DNA of 64,000 nt. Source: Candidatus Aegiribacteria sp. GTDB lineage: Bacteria > Fermentibacterota > Fermentibacteria > Fermentibacterales > JCC-6. How positions within the stretch are numbered: the first letter of the stretch is position 1; the number at the start of each line of letters is the position of its first letter. Positions 1 to 8,252 of the stretch are shown one piece after another. The stretch spans positions 5,507 through 69,506 of the forward strand of contig JAIOQY010000198.1 in NCBI GenBank assembly GCA_021108435.1. Direction: 5' to 3'. Under the pieces are notes generated by a model that ran no database searches, had not been told where the DNA came from, and was given only the letters and a program-made list of their open reading frames with translations. The position numbers and the translations under genes were made by a program.

Positions 1-2
1 AA

Positions 3-176
3 CCGGGTCTGACGGGATGGGCTCAGGTAAAGCTCGAATACGATACCGATCTGGAAAGCGTGGCAAGCAAATTGAAGTATGATTTTTTCTATATTGAGAA
101 CCAGTCAATCTTTCTCGACCTGGAAATTCTCGCCAGAACCCTGAAAGTAGTTCTGACTGGAGCAGGAGCTCACTGA
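3..176 (+). CDS. C-terminal fragment of a bacterial sugar transferase (WbaP/EpsL-type polyprenyl-phosphate sugar-1-phosphate transferase); 5' end lies outside the window
   Basis: Frame 3 reads PGLTGWAQVKLEYDTDLESVASKLKYDFFYIENQSIFLDLEILARTLKVVLTGAGAH*, the conserved C-terminal block of the Bac_transf family. Stop TGA at 174-176. Confidence 0.75.
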   Translation, partial: PGLTGWAQVKLEYDTDLESVASKLKYDFFYIENQSIFLDLEILARTLKVVLTGAGAH

Positions 177-215
177 AGCCGTAAAGTAACATCTGGCGTT
201 CGAAAGGATAAGCAA

Positions 216-1373
216 ATGGCAGTTCCCCTGTTGGACATAAGCAGACAACACATACCTATAGTTAAAGATCTCCGTAAGGTCTTCGATAAAGCGCTGGAAA
301 CTTCAGCATTTATTAAAGGTTCTGAACTGGTATCCCTGGAAGAAGAGTTTTCAGAATACTGCGAAACGGAAATCGCTGTTGGGTGCGCTTCCGGTACTGA
401 CGCACTTATTCTCGCTCTTATGGCTGCAGGCGTTAAGCCTGGAGAATATGTAATAACAACTCCCTTCACTTTCTTCGCAACCGCAGGAGCTGTTGTACGT
501 GCTGGCGGCATTCCGGTGTTTGTTGACATTCTGCCCGATACCTTCAACATGGATCCCGATCTCCTGTCTGACTGGCTTAGAAGTAATTGCGCTGTTACGA
601 ACAGAGGAATCGTTGATAAGAGCAACGGTACGCGAATTGCAGCGGTGATGCCTGTACATCTGTTCGGTCAGATGGCTGAAATGGACAGAATTATGATTAT
701 CTGCGATGACTGGCGGATTCCCGTTGTCGAGGATGCCGCGCAGGCAGTCGGCGCAAAATGGGATGGAAAGAAGGCTGGCTCTTTTGGTTCAGCGGGCTGC
801 TTCAGCTTCTTCCCCTCAAAAAATCTCGGCGCTCTCGGAGACGGAGGGATGGTAACAACCAGTGACCATGAAACCGCGGAGAGAATTGTCAGACTTAGAG
901 AACATGGAGGGCAGGGATACATTCACAGGGAAGTAGGCTTTAATTCCCGGCTGGATGCTCTGCAGGCGGGATTCCTCAGGGTAAAACTGTCCCATCTTGA
1001 AGAATGGCATAAAGGACGCAGAAAAAACGCGAATTTCTACAGGAGTGCTTTTAAGGGCGTGAAGCAGATAAAGACTCCCGTTATACGGAAGAAAGCATGG
1101 TCAATATACAATCAATACACCCTGAGAGCTGAAAACCGTGATGAGCTTCTTGCCTGGCTTCGTGAACGTAAAATAGGTTGTGCTGTCTATTATCCGCTTC
1201 CTCTTCACCTTCAGGAATGTTTTGAATGTCTGGGGTACAAAGAGGGAGATTTTCCTGTTTCGGAGAATGCATCCAAAGAGGTTATTTCCCTTCCCGTCTT
1301 CGGCGAACTGACCGAGACAGAACTGAATGAAGTGGTCGATTCCATAAAGGAGTTCTATGCTGAAAAAGCATAA
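216..1373 (+). CDS. DegT/DnrJ/EryC1/StrS-family PLP-dependent sugar aminotransferase
   Basis: 385-aa ORF with family-typical blocks (ASGTDALILAL, VEDAAQA, FSFFPSKNLGALGDGG around the PLP lysine). ATG 216 is preceded by AAAGGA. Confidence 0.9.
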   Translation: MAVPLLDISRQHIPIVKDLRKVFDKALETSAFIKGSELVSLEEEFSEYCETEIAVGCASGTDALILALMAAGVKPGEYVITTPFTFFATAGAVVRAGGIPVFVDILPDTFNMDPDLLSDWLRSNCAVTNRGIVDKSNGTRIAAVMPVHLFGQMAEMDRIMIICDDWRIPVVEDAAQAVGAKWDGKKAGSFGSAGCFSFFPSKNLGALGDGGMVTTSDHETAERIVRLREHGGQGYIHREVGFNSRLDALQAGFLRVKLSHLEEWHKGRRKNANFYRSAFKGVKQIKTPVIRKKAWSIYNQYTLRAENRDELLAWLRERKIGCAVYYPLPLHLQECFECLGYKEGDFPVSENASKEVISLPVFGELTETELNEVVDSIKEFYAEKA

Positions 1374-2094
1374 CTCTTCCTCAGGAGCGGTTCTTTTGTT
1401 CTTTCTGCTGCTTATTATGGTTTCGAACACCGCAGGTGATGATTTCCTCCGCTTTATGGGCAGAGATTTACGTGATCTGTTTTCCTCAGGTCCTCTTATC
1501 ACCTTTGCGTCCGGAGGAGCAATCGCCACGGGTACATACTTTCTTGAAGACAGTAAAGGCTATGAAGGATTCATGGGAGACGGCTTTCTCAAGGATTGCT
1601 CGAAAGGCTGCGATGTGGCTCTGGGTCTCCCTCTTCTCGCCGGAACATCTGTACTATGGGCTGTATCAGCTGCCTTCGGTTCCGAAAATACCGAGGAAAC
1701 AGGTCAGATGCTTACAGAGGGTCTGCTAATCACCTATGGCATTACCGGCATACTGAAGCTTGGCGCCGGTCGAGTTCGCCCTGACGGCAGTAATTCCAGA
1801 AGCTTCCCTTCCGGACACTCAGCCGGAACAGCCTGTTCTGCCTTCATCATCTGGGACAGGTACGGACCGGAAGCCGGAATTCCAGCAGCTGTAGTCGCTG
1901 GATTCACCGCTCTGTCAAGGATTACACTTGGAAAACATTATCCTTCCGATGTTATTGCCGGGGCAGCTATTGGTATTGCTGCTGGACTTGCTGTAACCAA
2001 GGCTCATAGCGAGTATCCTCCGGATGATCCGGGGCTGCAGCCTGTGGTCATGGTTCGCTGGAGTACTTCAAACGGTTTTGGAGTATATTTCTGA
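1357..2094 (+). CDS. PAP2-family membrane phosphatase (possible polyprenyl-diphosphate/lipid phosphatase)
   Basis: Carries the three PAP2 motifs: KLGAGRVRPD, PSGHS and SRITLGKHYPSDV. N-terminal hydrophobic segment. Start overlaps the DegT end by 17 nt. Confidence 0.85.
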   Translation: MLKKHNSSSGAVLLFFLLLIMVSNTAGDDFLRFMGRDLRDLFSSGPLITFASGGAIATGTYFLEDSKGYEGFMGDGFLKDCSKGCDVALGLPLLAGTSVLWAVSAAFGSENTEETGQMLTEGLLITYGITGILKLGAGRVRPDGSNSRSFPSGHSAGTACSAFIIWDRYGPEAGIPAAVVAGFTALSRITLGKHYPSDVIAGAAIGIAAGLAVTKAHSEYPPDDPGLQPVVMVRWSTSNGFGVYF

Positions 2095-2095
2095 A

Positions 2096-2440
2096 ATGAA
2101 GAAGAGATTCAGGAGTTTCAAATTCGCTTTCAGAGGCATCAACACGCTGCTTAGAACGCAGATGAATGCGAGGATTCATGTCTTCGCTCTCATAAGTGTC
2201 CTTATCCTCGGATTTATTGTCGGACTGGATTTGCTTGAATGGGCACTTATTTCTATTGCCGTTGCGATGGTGCTTTCCGCAGAGGCAATGAACAGCGCCC
2301 TGGAATTTCTGGCGGATCATACAGCACCTGAATGGCATGATAATGTTCAGAAAGCCAAGGACCTTGCTGCCGGAGCGGTTCTTCTTGCAGCAGCGGGCGC
2401 TCTGGCTGTGGGATTGCTGGTTTTCATTCCACATTTCTGA
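2096..2440 (+). CDS. dgkA: Diacylglycerol kinase / undecaprenol kinase family membrane protein
   Basis: 114 aa from ATG 2096, directly after the PAP2 stop. Three hydrophobic helices and the DgkA-like SAEAMNSALE block. The ORF-track start at 2024 would overlap PAP2 and adds non-homologous residues. Confidence 0.8.
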   Translation: MKKRFRSFKFAFRGINTLLRTQMNARIHVFALISVLILGFIVGLDLLEWALISIAVAMVLSAEAMNSALEFLADHTAPEWHDNVQKAKDLAAGAVLLAAAGALAVGLLVFIPHF

Positions 2441-2488
2441 CTTTCGCACTCGCTCAATGCTATAAGATGAAAAAGGAGAAGGGATACA

Positions 2489-3736
2489 ATGCTTGACAGG
2501 GGATTACTGAGAAACGAACCGGACAGGGTCCGGGAAGCCTCCTTGAACAAGGGAGAACCCTGCCCTATTGACAGGTGGCTTCTGCTCGATGAGGAACGAA
2601 GAGACCTGCTGGGCAGAACTGAAAGTCTGAGAAGACGGAGAAACGAACTTTCACAGGAAGTTTCCTCTTTAAAGAAGAGCGGTTCACAGGCTGATACTAA
2701 GATCGCTGAAAGCAAAAAAGTGGGTGACAGTATCGGACAGATCGATAAAGAACTGTCAGCAGTTAACAGAGAGATGGCAGAGGTTGAGCTCCAATTTGCA
2801 AATATTCCAGATCCCGATGTTCCCGTAGGTAAAGATGAATCCTTCAACAAAATTATCAGAACTTCCGGGGCAAGACCATCATTTGATTTCAAGCCTAAGC
2901 CTCATTGGGAAATCCTCGGCAGCCTCTTTGATCAGGAATCCTCCGGGGATATAGCCGGAGCAAATTTCATCCTTCTGCGAGGATGGGCAGCATGTTTACA
3001 GAGAAAGCTCATCAACTGGATGATGGATTTTCATTCTGAGGCGGGAATGGAAGAAATCTGGACTCCCTTTCTGGCAAACAGGGAAAGCATGACAACATCC
3101 GGACAGATCCCGAAGCTTGAATATGATATGTACCATATTGAAAAAGACGATCTTTTCCTGATTCCCACAGGAGAAGTTCCGCTCACCAATATCTATCGAA
3201 ACACTACTATGAATGAAAGTGTGCTTCCGGTTTCGATAGTCGGTTACACTCCCTGTTTCCGAAGGGAAGCCGGAAGCTACGGGAAAGATACCAGAGGTTT
3301 AAACAGGGTTCACCAGTTCGAAAAGGTGGAAATGGTGCGCTTCGAACATCCTGACCGGTCTGAAGAAGCTCTGGAAGAAATGGTTTCTCATGTCGAGAAG
3401 ATGCTCAGTCTTCTTGAACTCCCTTATAGAATCTCTGTTCTTTCGACTGGAGACCTCAGCTTCGCGGCGGCGAAATGCTACGATATCGAAGTATGGTCTG
3501 CGGGACAGGAAAAGTGGCTGGAAGTTTCCTCCATCTCAAATTTCAGGGATTTCCAGTCCAGACGGGGAAAGATCAGATTCAAACCCCTGGATGGCGGTAA
3601 ACCTCAATTCGTCCACACGCTGAACGGTTCGGGACTGGCTCTCCCCAGAATCATCGCCGCACTGATAGAGAACAATCAGACGGAGAATGGCAAGGTCAGA
3701 TTTCCTTCTGTCATTGCTGTAGATCCTGTTGTTTAA
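2489..3736 (+). CDS. serS: Seryl-tRNA synthetase
   Basis: 415 aa with an N-terminal coiled-coil arm, class II core TPCFRREAGSYGKDTRGLNRVHQFEKVEM and GSGLALPR. SD AAGGAGAAGGG lies upstream of the ATG. Confidence 0.95.
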   Translation: MLDRGLLRNEPDRVREASLNKGEPCPIDRWLLLDEERRDLLGRTESLRRRRNELSQEVSSLKKSGSQADTKIAESKKVGDSIGQIDKELSAVNREMAEVELQFANIPDPDVPVGKDESFNKIIRTSGARPSFDFKPKPHWEILGSLFDQESSGDIAGANFILLRGWAACLQRKLINWMMDFHSEAGMEEIWTPFLANRESMTTSGQIPKLEYDMYHIEKDDLFLIPTGEVPLTNIYRNTTMNESVLPVSIVGYTPCFRREAGSYGKDTRGLNRVHQFEKVEMVRFEHPDRSEEALEEMVSHVEKMLSLLELPYRISVLSTGDLSFAAAKCYDIEVWSAGQEKWLEVSSISNFRDFQSRRGKIRFKPLDGGKPQFVHTLNGSGLALPRIIAALIENNQTENGKVRFPSVIAVDPVV

Positions 3737-6492
3737 CCATGCTTATTTTCTCTCATTACATCTGCCAGTAACAGGGACAATTTCTCTATAGTCGGGGGTT
3801 TGAGTATCCATCCGGCTAATCCTTCTGAGCGAAGGTCTTCGAGTTCGTTCTCCATCGGATGACCGCTCATCATCACGATCGGAATATTCGAGCCTTGTTC
3901 TTTCAGCTGATTGAATAATGCTCGTCCACCCATTTCCGGCATTACGAAATCACTCAGAATCAATTCTATCTCAGGGTGTTCTTCCAGTCTTATCTGAGCT
4001 TCATGGCCGTTTTCAGCTTTCACAACCCGATAACCCATCATTTTCAGTGAGCTGACAAGAACTTTACGAACGATCCTGTCGTCTTCCACCACCAGTATAA
4101 CCTCGTCATGACCCCTGGTGATATCGGACTGCTTATTCCGATTCGATTTTTCCGTATAATGTTTCTTCAGGAGAGGTAGTCGAAGAATAAATGAGGTTCC
4201 TTCCCCTTCTGTCGATGCTACTTCTATATGGCCCTCATGCTGTTTGATTATTCCGAATACCTGTGCCAGTCCAAGTCCGGTTCCCTTTCCCGTCGGTTTT
4301 GTGGTGAAGAATGGTTCGAAAATATGTCCAAGTACATCGGATGGTATTCCGGAACCTGTATCGTTCACTGTTATACGTACCCATTCTCCGGCAGTGGTCT
4401 CTTTACACTTCGGACAACCGATGCTATCCGTTTCCTTCTGAAGCATCATTTTAAAATTCAGTTCTCCTCCATCCGGCATAGCATCTCTTGCGTTGACTGC
4501 CAGATTCAGGACTATCTGCTGTAACCTTGTCGGATCAGCGTTTATCCAGTATCTGTCCGCTCCATAATTCAGTTTCAGTTTGATATTCTCCGGCAGTGTT
4601 CGCTCAAGAAGTTTTTTCTGTTCCTTGAAAAAGGGCAGAAGATCCATCGGCAGGCGTTCCAGAACGGCTCGTCTGCCGAAATCCAGAAGCTGCTGGATCA
4701 ATTGTGCCGCTCTGTCAGCCTGACCGGAAATCGTTTCCAGATTCTCTCTTATATCGGAATGAGCGTCAGATGAAAGCAGTCCCATTTCTGTGCTGAGAGA
4801 GATAACTGCCATTATATTATTGAAGTCATGCGCTATACCTGCAGCCAGCTGACCAACAGCAGCAAGGTGTTCCTGCTGCTGGATCTGTTTTTGTCTATCC
4901 CTTTCCTGAGTTACTTCTCTGACCACCATCACCCAGCCCTGAGGACCGGGTTCCTTTTTCATCTGTCGTGCAATGATCTCGAAATATCTGTTCTCATATC
5001 TGATTTCATGCCATGATTCAGTGAGAGGTGAAATAAGAAGTTCATTCATAGAATGGTTCCCGATCTTATCAAGTATATCGCCAACCGCTGAATCCGACAG
5101 CAGACTCAGGAATTCCGCGGCAACGGGATTGGCAAGAATCACTTCATAATCCTCATTGAGCAGTATCATTCCCTCTGGAACCGTGTCGATTGTCTGCTGC
5201 ATCTGAAGAGCCTGCTCGTGTATCCGTTTGAGTAGAAGTTCCCGTTCCTCTTCAGTACGTTTTTGTTCGGTTATATCTCTGCAGATCCCTTCAAGAACGC
5301 TCATCTGCCCCTTATCATCGTAAACAGCGCTGTTTGACTGAAGTATCCACACCTCGTGTCCATCGGCATTGATAACCTTGTATTCAAAGGACGGAATCAA
5401 TTCACCATTCATAATGTCATGCCAATGACGCTCCATTGATGCTCTGAAGTCGGGATGTACTATTTTCATTATGAAAAGAGGTGTATCGAGGATTTCGTTC
5501 ATTGAATATCCGAAAACTTCCGAAACTACCGGAGATATGTAATCGAACTTCCCGTCAGACAGAGATATGCGAAAAACAGCTTCGCTCTGATTCTCAAGTA
5601 AATTTCTATACTTGCGTTCACTTTCACGCAGGGCGCAATCGCTTTTCCTCTGCCTGGATATATGTTTTGATGCCAGGAGTCCTCCCGCCAGACAGGCGAG
5701 TATGAAAAACATACGTATATACAGGTCATGCGGGGGAATATTCATTGCCAGAGAATCAAGAAAGGAATTACCTGAATGAAATGCGATTGACCCCACAATG
5801 CTGTCAGCAATCCAGAAAAGGACTCCAAGCAACAGAGCTATGCTGATAGCATAAACAGATTTTGAGTTATCGGTATCTTCTTTGAGTCCGAAGAATTTTC
5901 TTGGTTGTCCAAAATGCAGCAGTACATCTGCCAGGAGAAGGATGATATAGCCAACAACAGCCTGCTTTATGACTACGAATCTCGAAAATTCAATTGGGAC
6001 TGTAGCGGGTGAGGCTGAAGCCCAGCCCCAGGGTGGCGGATTCATTGATACAACCCACCTGGTAAGTGTTAGAAGATTGACTGAGGACAATATTCTGAAA
6101 GGGATCTCTACAAAATACTTGTTCAGCCACCATTTTCGGTTCCCTGTTTTTTCGCGAATGCCGGCGAATATTCCATGCCAGACAATCCATAAGGTAAATG
6201 GAGGAACGATTGCAAATATGGCATACCCGTTGCTTGGTCCCCAAAGCCACCACATTGACTGACATCCGCCGGTTATAGCTGACAGCAGTCCGTATTTCCA
6301 CCCCCATGCCTGCGTTACAAGCATAGGGAACAGTAAACCTATCAGCACAGTCGCTGTATACGGCGGGAAAGCGAAATTGATTGTATTGAAATTAAGCGCG
6401 AATCCGATCATTCCGAAAATGATCGATACTGCGACCTTATACGCAGCATTGATATTCCTGGGTTTACTCAGGCTGGAATACATGCTGTTCAA
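3733..6492 (-). CDS. Hybrid sensor histidine kinase (polytopic membrane N-terminus, PAS, HisKA, HATPase, C-terminal receiver)
   Basis: 919 aa. About 280 aa of TM-rich N-terminus, then a PAS-like region, H-box AAGIAHDFNNIM, G-box GTGLGLAQV, and a receiver (ILVVEDD...SDFVMPEMGG). Confidence 0.9.
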   Translation of the reverse strand: MNSMYSSLSKPRNINAAYKVAVSIIFGMIGFALNFNTINFAFPPYTATVLIGLLFPMLVTQAWGWKYGLLSAITGGCQSMWWLWGPSNGYAIFAIVPPFTLWIVWHGIFAGIREKTGNRKWWLNKYFVEIPFRILSSVNLLTLTRWVVSMNPPPWGWASASPATVPIEFSRFVVIKQAVVGYIILLLADVLLHFGQPRKFFGLKEDTDNSKSVYAISIALLLGVLFWIADSIVGSIAFHSGNSFLDSLAMNIPPHDLYIRMFFILACLAGGLLASKHISRQRKSDCALRESERKYRNLLENQSEAVFRISLSDGKFDYISPVVSEVFGYSMNEILDTPLFIMKIVHPDFRASMERHWHDIMNGELIPSFEYKVINADGHEVWILQSNSAVYDDKGQMSVLEGICRDITEQKRTEEERELLLKRIHEQALQMQQTIDTVPEGMILLNEDYEVILANPVAAEFLSLLSDSAVGDILDKIGNHSMNELLISPLTESWHEIRYENRYFEIIARQMKKEPGPQGWVMVVREVTQERDRQKQIQQQEHLAAVGQLAAGIAHDFNNIMAVISLSTEMGLLSSDAHSDIRENLETISGQADRAAQLIQQLLDFGRRAVLERLPMDLLPFFKEQKKLLERTLPENIKLKLNYGADRYWINADPTRLQQIVLNLAVNARDAMPDGGELNFKMMLQKETDSIGCPKCKETTAGEWVRITVNDTGSGIPSDVLGHIFEPFFTTKPTGKGTGLGLAQVFGIIKQHEGHIEVASTEGEGTSFILRLPLLKKHYTEKSNRNKQSDITRGHDEVILVVEDDRIVRKVLVSSLKMMGYRVVKAENGHEAQIRLEEHPEIELILSDFVMPEMGGRALFNQLKEQGSNIPIVMMSGHPMENELEDLRSEGLAGWILKPPTIEKLSLLLADVMRENKHG

Positions 6493-6559
6493 GATAATTC
6501 TATCTGATAAATATCAATGCTGGTCTCTCCGGACGTACCCTCCAGTTTTCCCCTATGGA

Positions 6560-6583
6560 GGACGGGCTCCGAAGAGCCCGTCC
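6560..6583 (-). terminator. Perfect 10-bp GC-rich hairpin with a UUCG loop (minus-strand sense) between the small ORF and the kinase gene; possible attenuator or RNA-stability element
   Basis: GGACGGGCTC-CGAA-GAGCCCGTCC on the plus strand, which gives cUUCGg on the minus strand. No U-tract follows on either strand. Confidence 0.3.
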
Positions 6584-6605
6584 CGCATGCACTGACGGTC
6601 TGCTC

Positions 6606-6875
6606 TCAGCGTGAAGCTACCATTAGCTCCATTACATTGTACTCCTCCATATGAGCCCTTGCCGCAAGGCGACCTGCAAGAGCTGCTGAAGAGTGGGGAT
6701 CTCTTCGAAGAGCACATTCGTAAAGAGCAAAAGCAGTAACGTAATTCCCGTCATCCATAGCCTCTCGCGCAATGGTGACAAAATTGTCAACATTGGCTGG
6801 GGTGGTCGATACGGTCACGCCTGCCAGCAGAACCGACGGTAGAAGTGCAACCAAAAGCAGTGGTATCCACCTCAT
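6606..6875 (-). CDS. Small secreted protein (89 aa) with a signal peptide and one TPR-like helix pair
   Basis: I prefer ATG 6875 (MRWIPLLLVALLPSVLLAG...) because GAGGAGG lies 8 nt upstream. The ORF-track start is GTG 6884. No homolog recognised. Confidence 0.6.
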   Translation of the reverse strand: MRWIPLLLVALLPSVLLAGVTVSTTPANVDNFVTIAREAMDDGNYVTAFALYECALRRDPHSSAALAGRLAARAHMEEYNVMELMVASR

Positions 6876-6914
6876 AGTGAGCACCTCCTCAATCCGCCGG
6901 CGGTTTCCCCCGAA

Positions 6915-7004
6915 CGGACGTCAGGTAACCCGGCTGTCCTTCCCGGTTTTCCGAGATGGGACCCGTGGTTTTGCGTCCCGGAATTCCTTCCGGTTTGCAA
7001 TGGT
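6915..7004 (-). promoter_or_regulatory. c-di-GMP-I (GEMM-I)-like riboswitch aptamer, gene-proximal unit
   Basis: Minus strand reads TTGCAAACC-GGAAGGAATTCC-GGGACGCAAAACCACGGGTCCC-ATCTCGGAAAACCGGGA-AGGACAGCCGGGTTACC. This matches the GCAAACC / GACGCAAA(G/A)CC / CCGGG / GGGUUACC signature and helix layout of V. cholerae Vc2. Boundaries are approximate. Confidence 0.8.
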
Positions 7005-7112
7005 CAAACGGCAACCCGGCTGTCCTTCCGCTGTCCCCAAACAGCGGCTGGGACCCGTGGTTTTGCGTCCCGGAATCTCGTCCGGTTTGCATGGCGGTGC
7101 TCTACCGCCTGG
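7005..7112 (-). promoter_or_regulatory. c-di-GMP-I (GEMM-I)-like riboswitch aptamer, gene-distal unit
   Basis: Minus strand reads GGCGGTAGAGCACCGCC-ATGCAAACC-GGACGAGATTCC-GGGACGCAAAACCACGGGTCCC-AGCCGCTGTTTGGGGACAGCGG-AAGGACAGCCGGGTTGCC. The core is the same as the proximal unit. The peripheral hairpin has a different sequence but still pairs. Confidence 0.8.
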
Positions 7113-7116
7113 TAAT

Positions 7117-7145
7117 ATTCTTACGACTTCTTCCAGTAATGTAAA
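7117..7145 (-). promoter_or_regulatory. Candidate sigma70-like promoter for the riboswitch leader
   Basis: Minus strand reads TTTACA, a 17-nt spacer, then AAGAAT, ending about 7 nt before the first leader hairpin. The -10 matches 4 of 6, so this is weak. Confidence 0.25.
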
Positions 7146-7246
7146 GGGAGATATACTACCACTAACAGAAATCGCTCTTTTTCAATTGATACCGGTAGTA
7201 TATATTGCGCTGAATATTTGGTTTTCTCTGCGAAGATTGGATTCTA

Positions 7247-8251
7247 TTGAATATCAGTGTAGTAATTCCGGTTCATAACGCTGAAGATACTCTGTTACGT
7301 GTTCTGAAATCCATTCTGCCTGAATTGCTTGATGGAGATCAGCTTATTGTAGCCGATGACCGTTCAGATGACGGTTCGGCAATAATCGCGAATGAAATAG
7401 AGCGGGTTGAATATGTATCCAGCAATCATTCAACCGGGGCAGCCGGTACACGCAATGCAGGGGCTTCTCTCGCTTTGAATGAATGGATTCTGTTTGTAGA
7501 CAGCGATGCGATCCCTCCAGAGGGATGGAGGAAATTGTTTGAAGACAAGATGTCCCTGGGATATCAGGGAATACAGGCAATATATGGAAAGACTGCGCCA
7601 GGTAACGATGCTTCCACTTTTTACAAGAATTACTACTATCACTATACTTTCACCAGGCGAATCAGGTCCGAGATCGTTCGAGGGTGTGCAACTTACTTCT
7701 TCGCGGTTAAAAGAGTTCTGTTCAATGAACTTGGAGGATTTGACGAAAGTTTTTCAGGTGCTTCTGTCGAAGATGCGGAATTTGCTGCAAGACTTATCAG
7801 TCATGGGGGGGAAATCCTGCTTGTTCCTGAAATTCAGATATATCATCTCAAGCAATACTCTTTTACTGAATTTCTGAGATACGAATGGATGATGATGAGG
7901 ACGAAAACCTGCCTTTTATTGCGGAATATGAAGGACCAATCCAGAGTCCCGTCGGTTTCAATGGCAAAACCGATTGAAATGCTCGGTGTTCTTTTATCAG
8001 GCATTTTGATCTGGTTCATCCCGGCGGGGTTTCTTCTGTATTCTCTTGGTGAACCTCTGGGACTTGTTGCAGCCAGTGCTGGAATTCTGTCTGTGGTGGT
8101 TAGCCATGGATTTTTCTGGGCTGCCATGCTCAAGGATGGAGGCTTACGCGGACTAAAAGCAGCTGCAGTCACTTTTCCCGATCTGATGCTGCTGCTGCCT
8201 GCGATCCTGTTTTCCTTCTATCAGGTTCTTATAAAGCGGAACGGAATCTGA
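7247..8251 (+). CDS. Family 2 glycosyltransferase with C-terminal transmembrane segments
   Basis: 334 aa. VVIPVHNAEDTL, ADDRSDDGS and FVDSDA (DxD) blocks of the GT-A fold, with a hydrophobic C-terminal third. TTG start. Confidence 0.85.
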   Translation: MNISVVIPVHNAEDTLLRVLKSILPELLDGDQLIVADDRSDDGSAIIANEIERVEYVSSNHSTGAAGTRNAGASLALNEWILFVDSDAIPPEGWRKLFEDKMSLGYQGIQAIYGKTAPGNDASTFYKNYYYHYTFTRRIRSEIVRGCATYFFAVKRVLFNELGGFDESFSGASVEDAEFAARLISHGGEILLVPEIQIYHLKQYSFTEFLRYEWMMMRTKTCLLLRNMKDQSRVPSVSMAKPIEMLGVLLSGILIWFIPAGFLLYSLGEPLGLVAASAGILSVVVSHGFFWAAMLKDGGLRGLKAAAVTFPDLMLLLPAILFSFYQVLIKRNGI

Positions 8252-8252
8252 T

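Noticed and set aside
2024-2095. N-terminal extensions offered by the ORF track for dgkA (2024), rsmG (50123), the LTD protein (19074), dnaN (42727), elbB (20894), the ferredoxin (52639), yidC (45321) and mnmG (48429).
   Set aside because: The extensions overlap the upstream gene or add residues not homologous to the family. Internal ATGs have better SD spacing or ATGA/TAATG coupling to the preceding stop.
3733-3736. serS and the convergent histidine-kinase gene share overlapping stop codons within the palindrome TTAA.
   Set aside because: The overlap is real but trivial: a tail-to-tail overlap with no room for a terminator. It has no evident functional implication beyond compact gene packing.
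6772-7278. ORF-track frames 6772-7278 (+, 168 aa), 6889-7092 (-, 67 aa) and 6956-7144 (+, 62 aa), with internally repeated peptide segments.
   Set aside because: They cover the tandem riboswitch leader. The peptide repeats (GPVVLRPGI.SGL) just reflect the duplicated aptamer sequence. There are no SD or start contexts. The RNA-structure explanation is much better supported.
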